Origin: Limisphaerales bacterium | GTDB taxonomy: Bacteria > Verrucomicrobiota > Verrucomicrobiia > Limisphaerales > UBA11358 | Assembly (NCBI GenBank): GCA_003134375.1 | Contig: PLAY01000152.1 | Coordinates: forward strand, 3,944-67,943 | Length of the DNA: 64,000 bases | Direction: 5' to 3' | Part shown: positions 19,207 to 27,529 of the stretch, piece by piece | Numbering within the stretch: position 1 is the first letter of the stretch | How the letters are laid out: each line of letters opens with the position of its first letter | Made by a program: the position numbers and the translations under genes | Notes under the pieces: model-generated | The model's input: the letters and a program-made list of their open reading frames with translations, nothing else | Database searches by the model: none | Told to the model about the DNA's origin: nothing

Positions 19207-19785
19207 ATGAAAATGATGAAACTGACTTACCTGTTGGCCTTCGCGCTGACCATCACACTGGCGGACACCGGCTGTAGAAATCATCGGCCCGTCAAAGTCA
19301 CACAGATACCCGGATCGCCTTCCGGTCAGGTGGGGGAACTGGGTCCTGGCGGCACCATGGCTCAGGGTGGGCAAATCGGCGGCGGTTCAACGGCAAACTT
19401 GGAAGATTTTGAAGGCATGGGCGCCGACCGCGCTGCGCTGGCCTCCTACACGGTGCATTTTGCCTACGACAGCGCCGTTGTGAAGAAGAGCGAGAAGGCG
19501 AATGTTCAGTCCGTGGCCGACGCCTTGGGTCGGGATGCCAGCACCAAGCTGCTCATCGAAGGTCATTGCGACGAGCGTGGCACGGAAGAATACAACCGTT
19601 CGCTCGGCGAACGCCGCGCACTGGCGTTGCGTCAGGCGCTGGCCAAGATCGGCGTGGACCCCTCGCGCATCCGCACCATCAGCTACGGCAAGGACAAGCC
19701 GGCTGACCCGGGCCATGACGAGTCCGCCTGGTCGAAAAACCGCCGCGGCGAATTCGTTCTGCTCCATCCCAAGAGCGGATCCTGA
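19207..19785 (+). CDS. pal: peptidoglycan-associated lipoprotein (OmpA-like)
   Basis: Lipobox LADTGC. OmpA-like domain FAYDSAVV...EGHCDERGTEEYNRSLGERRALALRQAL...SYGKDKP. Confidence 0.88.
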   Translation: MKMMKLTYLLAFALTITLADTGCRNHRPVKVTQIPGSPSGQVGELGPGGTMAQGGQIGGGSTANLEDFEGMGADRAALASYTVHFAYDSAVVKKSEKANVQSVADALGRDASTKLLIEGHCDERGTEEYNRSLGERRALALRQALAKIGVDPSRIRTISYGKDKPADPGHDESAWSKNRRGEFVLLHPKSGS

Positions 19786-19815
19786 TTTGGGTAGGAAACA
19801 TTTGAAGCTGTTCAG

Positions 19816-19843
19816 GGGCCGCATTTGCTGCGGCCCTTTTTTT
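19816..19843 (+). terminator. Rho-independent terminator after pal
   Basis: Stem gggccgca / tgcggccc (8 bp), a 5-nt loop, and a run of 7 T (19837-19843). Confidence 0.7.
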
Positions 19844-19953
19844 GGAGTGTGCGCTGTCCCCGGCGCATAAACGGCTGAGACACCAGACTTTGTTATTTGC
19901 GGCTTTACTATTGGCCAAGGCAGGCGTAGGCTTGGCAAGGCTCGATAAAATTT

Positions 19954-20223
19954 ATGAATACCTTGTTCGCATGGGCGATTGGCGGCACGGAACTGATCAT
20001 CATCCTGGTGGCCGTTTTGATTTTGTTCGGCTCCAAGAAAATCCCTGAATTTGCCCGCGGCTTGGGCCAGGGCATCAAGGAATTCAAGAAAGCATCGCGT
20101 GAAGTGACGGACGAAATCCAGAACACGACGACCGACACCCCGCCGGCGGCCAAACCCGTTGCGCCCGCACCATCGCGGGCCGACCTGCCGGTTTCCCAAT
20201 CCTCCAACCCGCCCAAAGCCTGA
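19954..20223 (+). CDS. tatA: twin-arginine translocase subunit TatA/E
   Basis: [38 protein letters not shown] is the canonical TatA TM plus amphipathic helix. Confidence 0.88.
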   Translation: MNTLFAWAIGGTELIIILVAVLILFGSKKIPEFARGLGQGIKEFKKASREVTDEIQNTTTDTPPAAKPVAPAPSRADLPVSQSSNPPKA

Positions 20224-20238
20224 GCGGAACATTCTGGC

Positions 20239-21237
20239 ATGGCCGGCGACCACGAATCGGAGCACCCCGACGAGGCCGAAGGCGGCCCAGTCAAGACCTT
20301 TCTTGAACACCTCGAAGATCTTCGCTGGGTGCTCATCAAGAGCCTGGTGGCGCTGGGCGTGGCGGTATTGCTCTGCCTGCTCGCGGGCAATTACGTCGTT
20401 CAGATCATCAAATGGCCGTTGACGCGCGCCAAAATCAGTTATCCCGGCACCAATCAAATCGTCGCCGTCAGCTTCGGCACGAACCGTCTCGGCGCGTTTC
20501 AACTCACCGCCGAACAACAAAAATCACTGAACTTCGGCACGAACCGCTTTGTATCCGTTCAAGTCGAACCGCTGGTCATCGGCACGAACCAGGTGCTTGG
20601 CTGGCGCGCCAGTTCCGATCCCGCTGCCATTGCCGACGCCCAACGGGTGAAGATTGATCTGATCAACCTCAGCCCGGCGGGCGGATTTGTGGTCGCCTTC
20701 CAGGTGGCGATTTACGGCGGCACGGTGCTCTCGTCGCCGTTCATTTTTTATTTCGTCGCCACGTTCGTCTTTCCGGCGCTGAAACTGCGCGAGCGCAAAT
20801 ACATTTATCGCGGACTGGCTTTCGGCGGCGGATTGTTTCTCCTCGGCGTGGCCTTTTGTTACTTCGCCTTGATGCCGCTGGCGCTGGCCGCGGCGCAGAT
20901 GTATTCCCACTGGCTCGGTTTCGGCGCCTTTCAGTGGCGGGCGGAGGACTACATCAGTTTCGTCTGCAAGTTTCTGCTGGGCATGGGGCTGGGCTTTGAG
21001 CTGCCGGTGGTGATTCTGACGCTCGTGAAAATCGGCATTCTCGATTATCGTACGCTCTCCAAGGCGCGCCGTTATGTGATCGTTATTAATCTGATCCTGG
21101 GCGCGGTGCTGACCACTCCGGAACCGATAACGCAAATCGTCATGTTCGTGCCGCTGCAGGTCCTCTACGAAATCACCGTCTGGATTGCGTGGTATTGGAA
21201 CCGGCGGGATAAAAAACGCGCCGCGCGCGAATCGTAA
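20239..21237 (+). CDS. tatC: twin-arginine translocase subunit TatC (enlarged first periplasmic loop)
   Basis: FLEHLEDLRWVLIKSL N-terminus, 6 TM, and SPFIFYFVATFVFPAL. At 332 aa it is about 70 aa longer than E. coli TatC because of the loop at nt 20419-20679. Confidence 0.85.
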   Translation: MAGDHESEHPDEAEGGPVKTFLEHLEDLRWVLIKSLVALGVAVLLCLLAGNYVVQIIKWPLTRAKISYPGTNQIVAVSFGTNRLGAFQLTAEQQKSLNFGTNRFVSVQVEPLVIGTNQVLGWRASSDPAAIADAQRVKIDLINLSPAGGFVVAFQVAIYGGTVLSSPFIFYFVATFVFPALKLRERKYIYRGLAFGGGLFLLGVAFCYFALMPLALAAAQMYSHWLGFGAFQWRAEDYISFVCKFLLGMGLGFELPVVILTLVKIGILDYRTLSKARRYVIVINLILGAVLTTPEPITQIVMFVPLQVLYEITVWIAWYWNRRDKKRAARES

Positions 21238-21275
21238 AACAACACGCTTTACATCCGGCGGATTCGGCGTAAGCT

Positions 21276-21518
21276 GTGTTTGTAAAAATGACAAATCGAG
21301 AATTTATGCATAAAGCAATGCCCTTTCTCACTCTAGTCGCCCTTGCCGCCTTGTTTGTGTCCGGTTGCGCCACACACGAACCAAAACTCGGATGCGGCAT
21401 AAAAAACTATTACATAGACACGGACACCCACACCGGTTTCAGCAACGGCGAAGTCAACATCGTCGACGTTGTATCGACCTTCGGGTTTGGCAGCCGGTTC
21501 CGCGTATTCGACGATTGA
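21276..21518 (+). CDS. small hypothetical lipoprotein
   Basis: Signal peptide with lipobox LFVSGC. It is followed by a good terminator. The start is uncertain (internal ATGs at MTNREF / MHKAMPFL). Confidence 0.45.
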   Translation: MFVKMTNREFMHKAMPFLTLVALAALFVSGCATHEPKLGCGIKNYYIDTDTHTGFSNGEVNIVDVVSTFGFGSRFRVFDD

Positions 21519-21541
21519 ATGTGACCGAACCTGTTTTCATC

Positions 21542-21578
21542 AACGCGCCAACAGCTTTCCGTTGGCGCGTTTTGTTTT
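21542..21578 (+). terminator. Rho-independent terminator
   Basis: 11-bp stem aacgcgccaac / gttggcgcgtt, an 8-nt loop, then tttgtttt. Confidence 0.6.
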
Positions 21579-21590
21579 CGTGAAACCCCC

Positions 21591-22463
21591 ATGCGCCTCG
21601 AAAAAAATTCGCCCGGCAAAGTCAACCTGCTGCTGAACATCCTCGGCAAACGGCCGGACGGATTTCACGAACTCGAAACCGTCATGCAGCCGGTCAACCT
21701 TTGCGACCGGCTGACGTTTGAACGCCGCGGCGGCGCAGTCGAACTCTCGTGCAGCGCCGCAGCCCTGCCGGTGGATGCGCGCAATCTGGTTCATCGCGCC
21801 GCCACCGGGTTTTTGCAAGCCGCGAAAATCAGCGACGGGGTGCGCATTCATTTGGAGAAAAAAATTCCGCTGGCCGCCGGTCTGGGCGGTGGCAGCGGCA
21901 ATGCTGCGACGACACTGCTCGCGTTGAACGAACTTTTCGGCCAGCCGCTTTCAGCCGCGAAGCTCGGCGAACTGGCCGCGTCGCTCGGCTCGGACGTGCC
22001 GTTTTTCCTCCAAAATCAGCCCGCGCTTGCCACCGGTCGCGGCGAAAAAATCCAACCGCTCGATTTTTTCCCCGCGTTACGCGGCAAGGTTTTCCTGTTG
22101 ATTCATCCCGGCTTTGGCATTTCGACGCCGTGGGCTTATCAAAATCTCGCCCGTTTTCCGGAGGCGTTGAACGGCCGGCCGGGCCGCGCGCAAAAACTGA
22201 TTTCAAAACTTCAAACCGGCGATTTACGCGTTGCGAGTGCTGAATTTTACAATTCACTGGAAGCCCCGGCGCTGGAAAAATATCCGGTGCTCGCGCTGTT
22301 CCAGGAATTTCTCCGCGCGAATGGCGCGCCGGCTGCGTTGATGTCCGGCAGCGGCTCGACCACATTTGCCATCGCCGAAAACAAAACTACCGCCGAATCG
22401 CTGGTGGAAAAATTCAAATCAAAGTTCGGCAAGAGTTGCTGGACGGTCATTGTGCCGGTTTAA
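21591..22463 (+). CDS. ispE: 4-diphosphocytidyl-2-C-methyl-D-erythritol kinase
   Basis: KVNLLLNILGKRPDGFHELETV and the GHMP motif PLAAGLGGGSGNAATTL. Confidence 0.9.
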   Translation: MRLEKNSPGKVNLLLNILGKRPDGFHELETVMQPVNLCDRLTFERRGGAVELSCSAAALPVDARNLVHRAATGFLQAAKISDGVRIHLEKKIPLAAGLGGGSGNAATTLLALNELFGQPLSAAKLGELAASLGSDVPFFLQNQPALATGRGEKIQPLDFFPALRGKVFLLIHPGFGISTPWAYQNLARFPEALNGRPGRAQKLISKLQTGDLRVASAEFYNSLEAPALEKYPVLALFQEFLRANGAPAALMSGSGSTTFAIAENKTTAESLVEKFKSKFGKSCWTVIVPV

Positions 22464-22468
22464 GGTGG

Positions 22469-22534
22469 GGTCGCTTCGCCGAAGCGACCAGGGCCAATTC
22501 GCATCCCACTGACGGACGGCTCGGCGAGCCGTCC
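22469..22534. terminator. two GC-rich hairpins between convergent ispE and murJ (repeat-family-like, probable bidirectional terminator)
   Basis: ggtcgcttc-gcc-gaagcgacc (22469-22489) and ggacggctc-ggc-gagccgtcc (22514-22534, abutting the murJ stop). No T-runs. Confidence 0.45.
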
Positions 22535-24097
22535 CTACCGTGATTTTTTAAATCGCGCCAATGCAAATTCGGCCATTTCCTTTGCCGCCGGAATTTTGAA
22601 CGCCAGCGCGACGATGCCATAAATCAAGCCCGCCAAACCCGCCGGCACGAACACCGCGCCAATCTTCAACGCGATGGTCTTGTGGCCGAGAAAATTTTCC
22701 CAGGACCACCAGCCCGACCATGCCACCAGCCCGGCCAGAATGCCGGCGACAGCCAGCGGCAGAAACGTGGCGCGCAACGATTCCATTTCCAGTTTCCCCA
22801 GCTTTTTCCGCAGCGCATAAAACAACAGGCCGGCGTTGCAAACCGAGGTGATGGTGTTTGCAATGCCAAGTCCACCCTGCCGCAACGGCACGACCAGCAG
22901 GGCCGACAAAACCAGATTCACCGCGAAGCACGCGATGCTGATTTTCATTGGCGTTTTGGTGTCGCCCAGTGCAAAAAATGCCCGCGCCACGATGTTGACG
23001 GTTGAAAACGCGACCAGCCCCGGGGCCAGGCACATCAGCGCCAGCGTCGCGCGATCCGTGGAATCCGCGGTGAATTTGCCGCGTTCAAACAACAGCCGGA
23101 TGATCGGTTCGGCCAGCACGACCAGCAGGATGGCGGCAATCACATTTGCAAACAGCAACGTGCCGATACCCTGCCGGAGCGTACCGCGAAATTCGGAATA
23201 ATTTTTTTCCGCCGCCAGCCCGGAAAGCGTTGTCAGCAGATACGTGGCCAGCGAAATGCCGAACATGCCCTGCGGCAGTTCCATCAGGCGTACGGCGTAA
23301 TCGAACGAGGCGTTGATTTGCGGGCTGACGCAAAAGGCGATGGCCTGCGTCAGCAGCACGTTGATTTGGAAGGCGGCTACGCCGATGGCGCCGGGAATCA
23401 TTCGCGTCACCACGAGCCGGACGGTTTCATTTTGCCACGGCGAAACCCACTGGTAACGGAAGCCGTCGTGCCAGAGCGTCGGCATTTGAAAGGCCGCCTG
23501 CGCCACGCCCGCCGCCAGCACGCCGATGGCCAGCGCGAAAATTTGTTCGCGCAACTCGTGTCCCATCCTGGGCGCGAGCCAGAGCACGGACGCGATCATC
23601 ACGACGTTCAGCATTGCCGCGCCCATGGCCGGAATGAAAAAATGTCCGCGCGCGTTGAGCATGCCCATGAACGCCGCCGCCAGGCACACGAGCAGCATGT
23701 AGGGAAACATCACGCGCAAAAGCCGCAGCATGAGTTCGGTGTTTTCGCTGAATTGATGAACGGCCAGCACAATCGAGAGGCCGAGCATGACCACGCCGAT
23801 GATCGCCGCCGCCGCGACGACGAGGCCGGAAATCACGGCGTTGGCTGCGCGCCACATCTCGATTTCGCCGTGCGTCTTCTCCTTTTCCTTGAAAATGGGG
23901 ACGAACGCCGCCGTCAGCGCGCCTTCGCCCAGCAGCCGGCGGAACAAATTCGGGATGAGAAACGCGAGTTTGAACGCGCCCGCCACCCGGGTGTCCCCCA
24001 TGAAATTCGCATAAACCATCTCGCGCACCATGCCGAGCAGGCGGCTGATGAGCGTGGCGGTGGCCATCGCGCCGGACGACTTGAGCATTTGCGACAT
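22535..24097 (-). CDS. murJ: lipid II flippase MurJ
   Basis: Start chosen at ATG 24097 (MSQMLKSSGAMATATLISRLLGMVREMVYANFMG). Contains AFLIPNLFRRLLGEGALTAAFVP and has 14 TM-like segments. The ORF-track extension to 24199 is made of repeat DNA. Confidence 0.88.
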   Translation of the reverse strand: MSQMLKSSGAMATATLISRLLGMVREMVYANFMGDTRVAGAFKLAFLIPNLFRRLLGEGALTAAFVPIFKEKEKTHGEIEMWRAANAVISGLVVAAAAIIGVVMLGLSIVLAVHQFSENTELMLRLLRVMFPYMLLVCLAAAFMGMLNARGHFFIPAMGAAMLNVVMIASVLWLAPRMGHELREQIFALAIGVLAAGVAQAAFQMPTLWHDGFRYQWVSPWQNETVRLVVTRMIPGAIGVAAFQINVLLTQAIAFCVSPQINASFDYAVRLMELPQGMFGISLATYLLTTLSGLAAEKNYSEFRGTLRQGIGTLLFANVIAAILLVVLAEPIIRLLFERGKFTADSTDRATLALMCLAPGLVAFSTVNIVARAFFALGDTKTPMKISIACFAVNLVLSALLVVPLRQGGLGIANTITSVCNAGLLFYALRKKLGKLEMESLRATFLPLAVAGILAGLVAWSGWWSWENFLGHKTIALKIGAVFVPAGLAGLIYGIVALAFKIPAAKEMAEFALARFKKSR

Positions 24098-24111
24098 CGG
24101 GCGAAAGGCTA

Positions 24112-24180
24112 GAGTCCCAAGTCCAAAGTCTAAAGCCCAAAGTGCGTCGTGATGGCACTTTCGTCCTCGTCCTCGTCCTC
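24112..24180. repeat. short tandem repeats upstream of murJ
   Basis: Imperfect heptamers agtccca/agtccaa/agtctaa/agcccaa (24112-24143) and the hexamer cgtcct x3 (24162-24180). Confidence 0.5.
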
Positions 24181-24413
24181 GCAATCGAATCCGGCTCAAA
24201 TTCGAGAATTCGGAGGATGCGGGCTAATTGGGGTTGCAGCCAAGCACTCCGGCGGAACGCCGCATTCATGCGGCAGCGAGCCCGCACCATTTAACATCCT
24301 GCCGGATAAATCCGGCGTTCCTGTCGAAACGATACGCGGATTTGTTGCTGTATCAGGGTGCGCCCGCTAATTGGCGATTGGCAATCGGCGGCTGGCGAAT
24401 TAGCCTTGGTCGC

Positions 24414-25691
24414 GTGAGCATCCTGGAAGAACTGAAATGGCGCGGCCTCGTGGCCGATTGCACCGACGCGGCGGAACTGGCCAAACGGCTCGCCGCGCCC
24501 ATCACGCTTTACTGCGGCTTTGACCCGACCGCCGACAGTTTGCATGTGGGCAATCTCGTTCCGCTACTGGCGCTGCGCCGGTTTCAGTTGCTCGGCCATC
24601 ATCCGATTGCCGTTGCCGGCGGCGCGACCGGTTCGATTGGCGATCCGAGCGGCAAAACCGCCGAGCGGCAGTTGCTCACGAAGGAGGTTTTGGACCACAA
24701 CATCGCCAGCGTGAAAGAGCAGCTCGCCAAGCTGCTCGATTTTGAAACCAAACAAAATCCCGCGCGACTGGTGGATAATGCTTCGTGGACAAAGGATGTT
24801 TCGTATCTCGATTTCCTGCGCGACATCGGCAAGCATTTTTCCGTCAACCAAATGGTGGCCAAGGAAAGCGTCCGTGCCCGCATGGAGGACCGCGAGGTGG
24901 GCATCAGCTACACCGAATTCAGCTACATGCTGCTCCAGGCGTTTGATTTCATAGTTTTGTGCCGGGACCAGAATTGCGAGCTGCAAATCGGGGGCAGCGA
25001 CCAGTGGGGCAACATCACCGCCGGCATTGAACTCACGCGCAAGAAACTCGGCAAAACGGTTTATGGCCTTACGCTGCCGCTCATCACCAATGCCGACGGC
25101 ACCAAATTCGGCAAGACCGAGGCCGGGGCCATCTGGCTCGACCCGAAACGCACGAACGTCTATCGCTTCTACCAGTTCTGGATCAACACCGACGACCGGG
25201 ATGCCATCCGTTATTTGAAATTCTTCACGTTTTTGTCGAAAGAAGAAATTGAGGCGCTGGAGAAGAAGCACGCGGAAAATCCCGGCCCACGCGAAGCGCA
25301 CCGGGCCTTGGCCAAAGCGGTGACCGATTTGATTCACGGCCCGAACGCAACCACGGAAGCCATTCGCGCCAGCGAAATTCTTTTCGGCGGCGAACTCAAA
25401 GGCATTGCCGAAAGCATCTTCAATGAAATTGTCGGCGAAGTGCCGACGAAGGAAATTGAAAAGGCAAAACTGGACGGCGCCGGGCTGCCGCTGGTTGAAC
25501 TGCTCGTTCACGCCGGATTGTGCCAGTCCAAAGGCCACGCGCGAAAGGACATCGAAGGCGGGGGTGTGAACGTGAATAACGTCCGTGAATCAAACTTCCA
25601 GCGCGCGGTGACGGCGAGCGATCTGCTTTTCGGCAAACACCTCCTGCTTCGCAAAGGCAAAAAGAATTACGTCGTCGTGACGGCGAAGTAG
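24414..25691 (+). CDS. tyrS: tyrosine--tRNA ligase
   Basis: GTG start at 24414 (SILEELKWRGLV). HIGH region TADSLHVGNL, KMSKS-type KFGKTE, and a C-terminal S4 domain ending GKHLLLRKGKKNYVVVTAK. Confidence 0.9.
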   Translation: MSILEELKWRGLVADCTDAAELAKRLAAPITLYCGFDPTADSLHVGNLVPLLALRRFQLLGHHPIAVAGGATGSIGDPSGKTAERQLLTKEVLDHNIASVKEQLAKLLDFETKQNPARLVDNASWTKDVSYLDFLRDIGKHFSVNQMVAKESVRARMEDREVGISYTEFSYMLLQAFDFIVLCRDQNCELQIGGSDQWGNITAGIELTRKKLGKTVYGLTLPLITNADGTKFGKTEAGAIWLDPKRTNVYRFYQFWINTDDRDAIRYLKFFTFLSKEEIEALEKKHAENPGPREAHRALAKAVTDLIHGPNATTEAIRASEILFGGELKGIAESIFNEIVGEVPTKEIEKAKLDGAGLPLVELLVHAGLCQSKGHARKDIEGGGVNVNNVRESNFQRAVTASDLLFGKHLLLRKGKKNYVVVTAK

Positions 25692-25714
25692 CCATCCGAC
25701 AAAACCTATGACCT

Positions 25715-26212
25715 ATGAGTGATACCTCCAGAATTTGGTATCCCACAGCAAGGGCACATAGCACCAGTCGCTTTATTTGCATAGAAACGGTGTCAGAGGG
25801 GTTGGCCGATCCAAAGGGAAAACAACACTTATTCTCTCCTGATACCAGCGAAGGAGTAATTGGTTTGGCGGTGCTCGACGCGCTGGCCTACAGCAGGCGA
25901 ATAACTCTGTTAGAGTTGGAAGCTTTGATGTGGGGGCGCCGCGGCACTGGGAAAGAGCGCTATGAGAAGTGGGCTGCTGATTTGCAGCAACGATACGGTT
26001 ACAAGACCCGCGCCACCTTGTTCAAAAACATGAATTCTGTCGGCATTAAACACCAGAACAGCGCAATCACTTTCACGCCCATGATGCATATTAAATTGCA
26101 AGCGTGGCAGAGCGGAAGGAACGAAGGGATTGAAGATATTGTAATCTCATTCGAAAGCTTATCTCAACAAATTGGTGCGGCCTTAAAACTGGCGTTCAAC
26201 CGCTGCGTTTGA
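25715..26212 (+). CDS. hypothetical protein, DUF1436 / CdiI-type immunity-protein-like (orphan)
   Basis: 165 aa and low GC (about 43-57% per line, mean near 49%). The C-terminal half, YEKWAADLQQRYGYKTRATLFKNMNSVGIKHQNSAITFTPMMHIKLQAWQSG...IGAALKLAFNRC, matches my recollection of the DUF1436/CdiI signature (KYGYK..RA.(F/Y)KNM ... I.I.P..H.KL(E/D).(W/Y)(S/Q)G ... IGAAL). Not verified by search. Confidence 0.5.
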   Translation: MSDTSRIWYPTARAHSTSRFICIETVSEGLADPKGKQHLFSPDTSEGVIGLAVLDALAYSRRITLLELEALMWGRRGTGKERYEKWAADLQQRYGYKTRATLFKNMNSVGIKHQNSAITFTPMMHIKLQAWQSGRNEGIEDIVISFESLSQQIGAALKLAFNRCV

Positions 26213-26230
26213 TTTATTAGCGTTGCAAAA

Positions 26231-26328
26231 CCAATTCCCAGCGCGCGGGAACTTCAAACTGTCCGCTTTTTGGCAAGCACCTGCTATTGTGCAAAGGCAA
26301 AAAGAATTATGTTGTCGTGACGGCGAAG
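26231..26328 (+). pseudogene. decayed direct copy of the tyrS 3' end (last ~32 codons)
   Basis: Aligns without gaps to 25591-25688 at an offset of exactly 640 nt. About 78% identity overall, with a 38-nt core gcaaaggcaaaaagaattaYgtYgtcgtgacggcgaag showing 2 mismatches. Would translate QRAGTSNCPLFGKHLLLCKGKKNYVVVTAK. Confidence 0.7.
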
Positions 26329-26396
26329 CAAGCAAGTTGAGTCAGGGCGGCATTTCTACAAACCGCCACCCGGCGTCGTCCAAATCAATACGCCAT

Positions 26397-27410
26397 TCAA
26401 TCAATCTTTTCGAGCGCCGCCCAGGATTGGGGAAGATTTTTGCGGACTTCGATTCCTTCAAACGGTTTGCCCTGCCGGGCGCCCGCTTTTTTTGCCCACG
26501 CGGCCATGCGCCGGACGCCTTCTTCGAGCGGAACATTTTTTATCAGGTCGCCGAAATGTTCCCGCACTTTTTCGTGCGCGGAATAGGCATGGACGACTTC
26601 GTTGCGCGCGTCGAGATGTTTGATCTGCGATTTTGCGCCCATCGCCCGGGCAACGACGGTGGCGAGTTCGTTCACCGAATAAGGTTTGTCCGCGCCGACG
26701 TTGAAGACCTGGTTGTAACTGTTCGGCCGCGCGCTGCTCGCGGCGATGACGGGAGCCACGTCATCAATGTAACTGAAGGCGCGCGTCTGCCCGCCGTCGC
26801 CGAAAATCGTCATCGGTTGTCCCTGCATGATTTGGTTCATGAAAATGCCGATGACGTTGCGGTAACGATCGCCAAGATTTTGGTTTTCGCCATAGACATT
26901 GTGGGGGCGAAAGACGATGTAATTCAGCCCGAACATTTCGTGCGCCTCTTTCAAATCAAGTTCCACCGCGTATTTGGCGATGCCATAAGGGTCTTCGGGC
27001 TGCGGCACGGCCTCCTCGGTCATGGGCACCTGGTTTCGGCCGTAAACCGCGATGGATGAGGTGAACACGAAACACCTGACGTTGTGATTCACGGCGGCGT
27101 TGATGAGGTTGACGCTGCCCAGCAGATTGTTGGTGTAATTGAAATGCTTGATGAAATGACTCAAGCCTTCGGCAGCGTAGGCGGCCAGATGGAAGACGTG
27201 TTCAAACTTGTGTTCAGCATGGAGCTTTTGCACGAGCGCGGCATCCGTGACCGAACCCCTGACAAATTTCACGCCTTCGGGAACGTAATCGCGAAAGCCG
27301 CCGCTCAAATCGTCCAAGCCAGTCACTTGGTGTCCCGCTTTGAGCAAATGCCTGCAAACGTGCGAACCAATAAAGCCCGCCGCGCCGGTGACCAGAACCT
27401 GTGAACTCAT
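26397..27410 (-). CDS. NAD-dependent epimerase/dehydratase (extended SDR)
   Basis: VLVTGAAGFIGSHV Rossmann motif. YGIAKYAVE matches the catalytic YxxxK. 337 aa. Confidence 0.85.
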   Translation of the reverse strand: MSSQVLVTGAAGFIGSHVCRHLLKAGHQVTGLDDLSGGFRDYVPEGVKFVRGSVTDAALVQKLHAEHKFEHVFHLAAYAAEGLSHFIKHFNYTNNLLGSVNLINAAVNHNVRCFVFTSSIAVYGRNQVPMTEEAVPQPEDPYGIAKYAVELDLKEAHEMFGLNYIVFRPHNVYGENQNLGDRYRNVIGIFMNQIMQGQPMTIFGDGGQTRAFSYIDDVAPVIAASSARPNSYNQVFNVGADKPYSVNELATVVARAMGAKSQIKHLDARNEVVHAYSAHEKVREHFGDLIKNVPLEEGVRRMAAWAKKAGARQGKPFEGIEVRKNLPQSWAALEKID

Positions 27411-27529
27411 GCGGCGAATCTAGCCGCGAAGCCCGCTGGCGGCGAGTTTTTTTGAACCCGTCCACCGTCTTGACACTCAACCGGCCACGACCGAGAATGT
27501 GTGTTCCGTTTATTAGCCGACCGAATTTT

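Noticed and set aside
24098-24199. N-terminal extension of the murJ ORF (MSRIRLRGRGRGRKCHHDALWALDFGLGTLAFRP)
   Set aside because: It is encoded by tandem hexamer and heptamer repeats. The conserved MurJ N-terminus starts at ATG 24097.
26329-26396. Search for inverted repeats or recombinase sites at the proposed inversion breakpoints (26329-26396 versus 54617-54760)
   Set aside because: I could not find matching inverted sequences by eye, and no integrase or invertase gene is in the window. The inversion is therefore left as a hypothesis in the findings and is not annotated as a feature.
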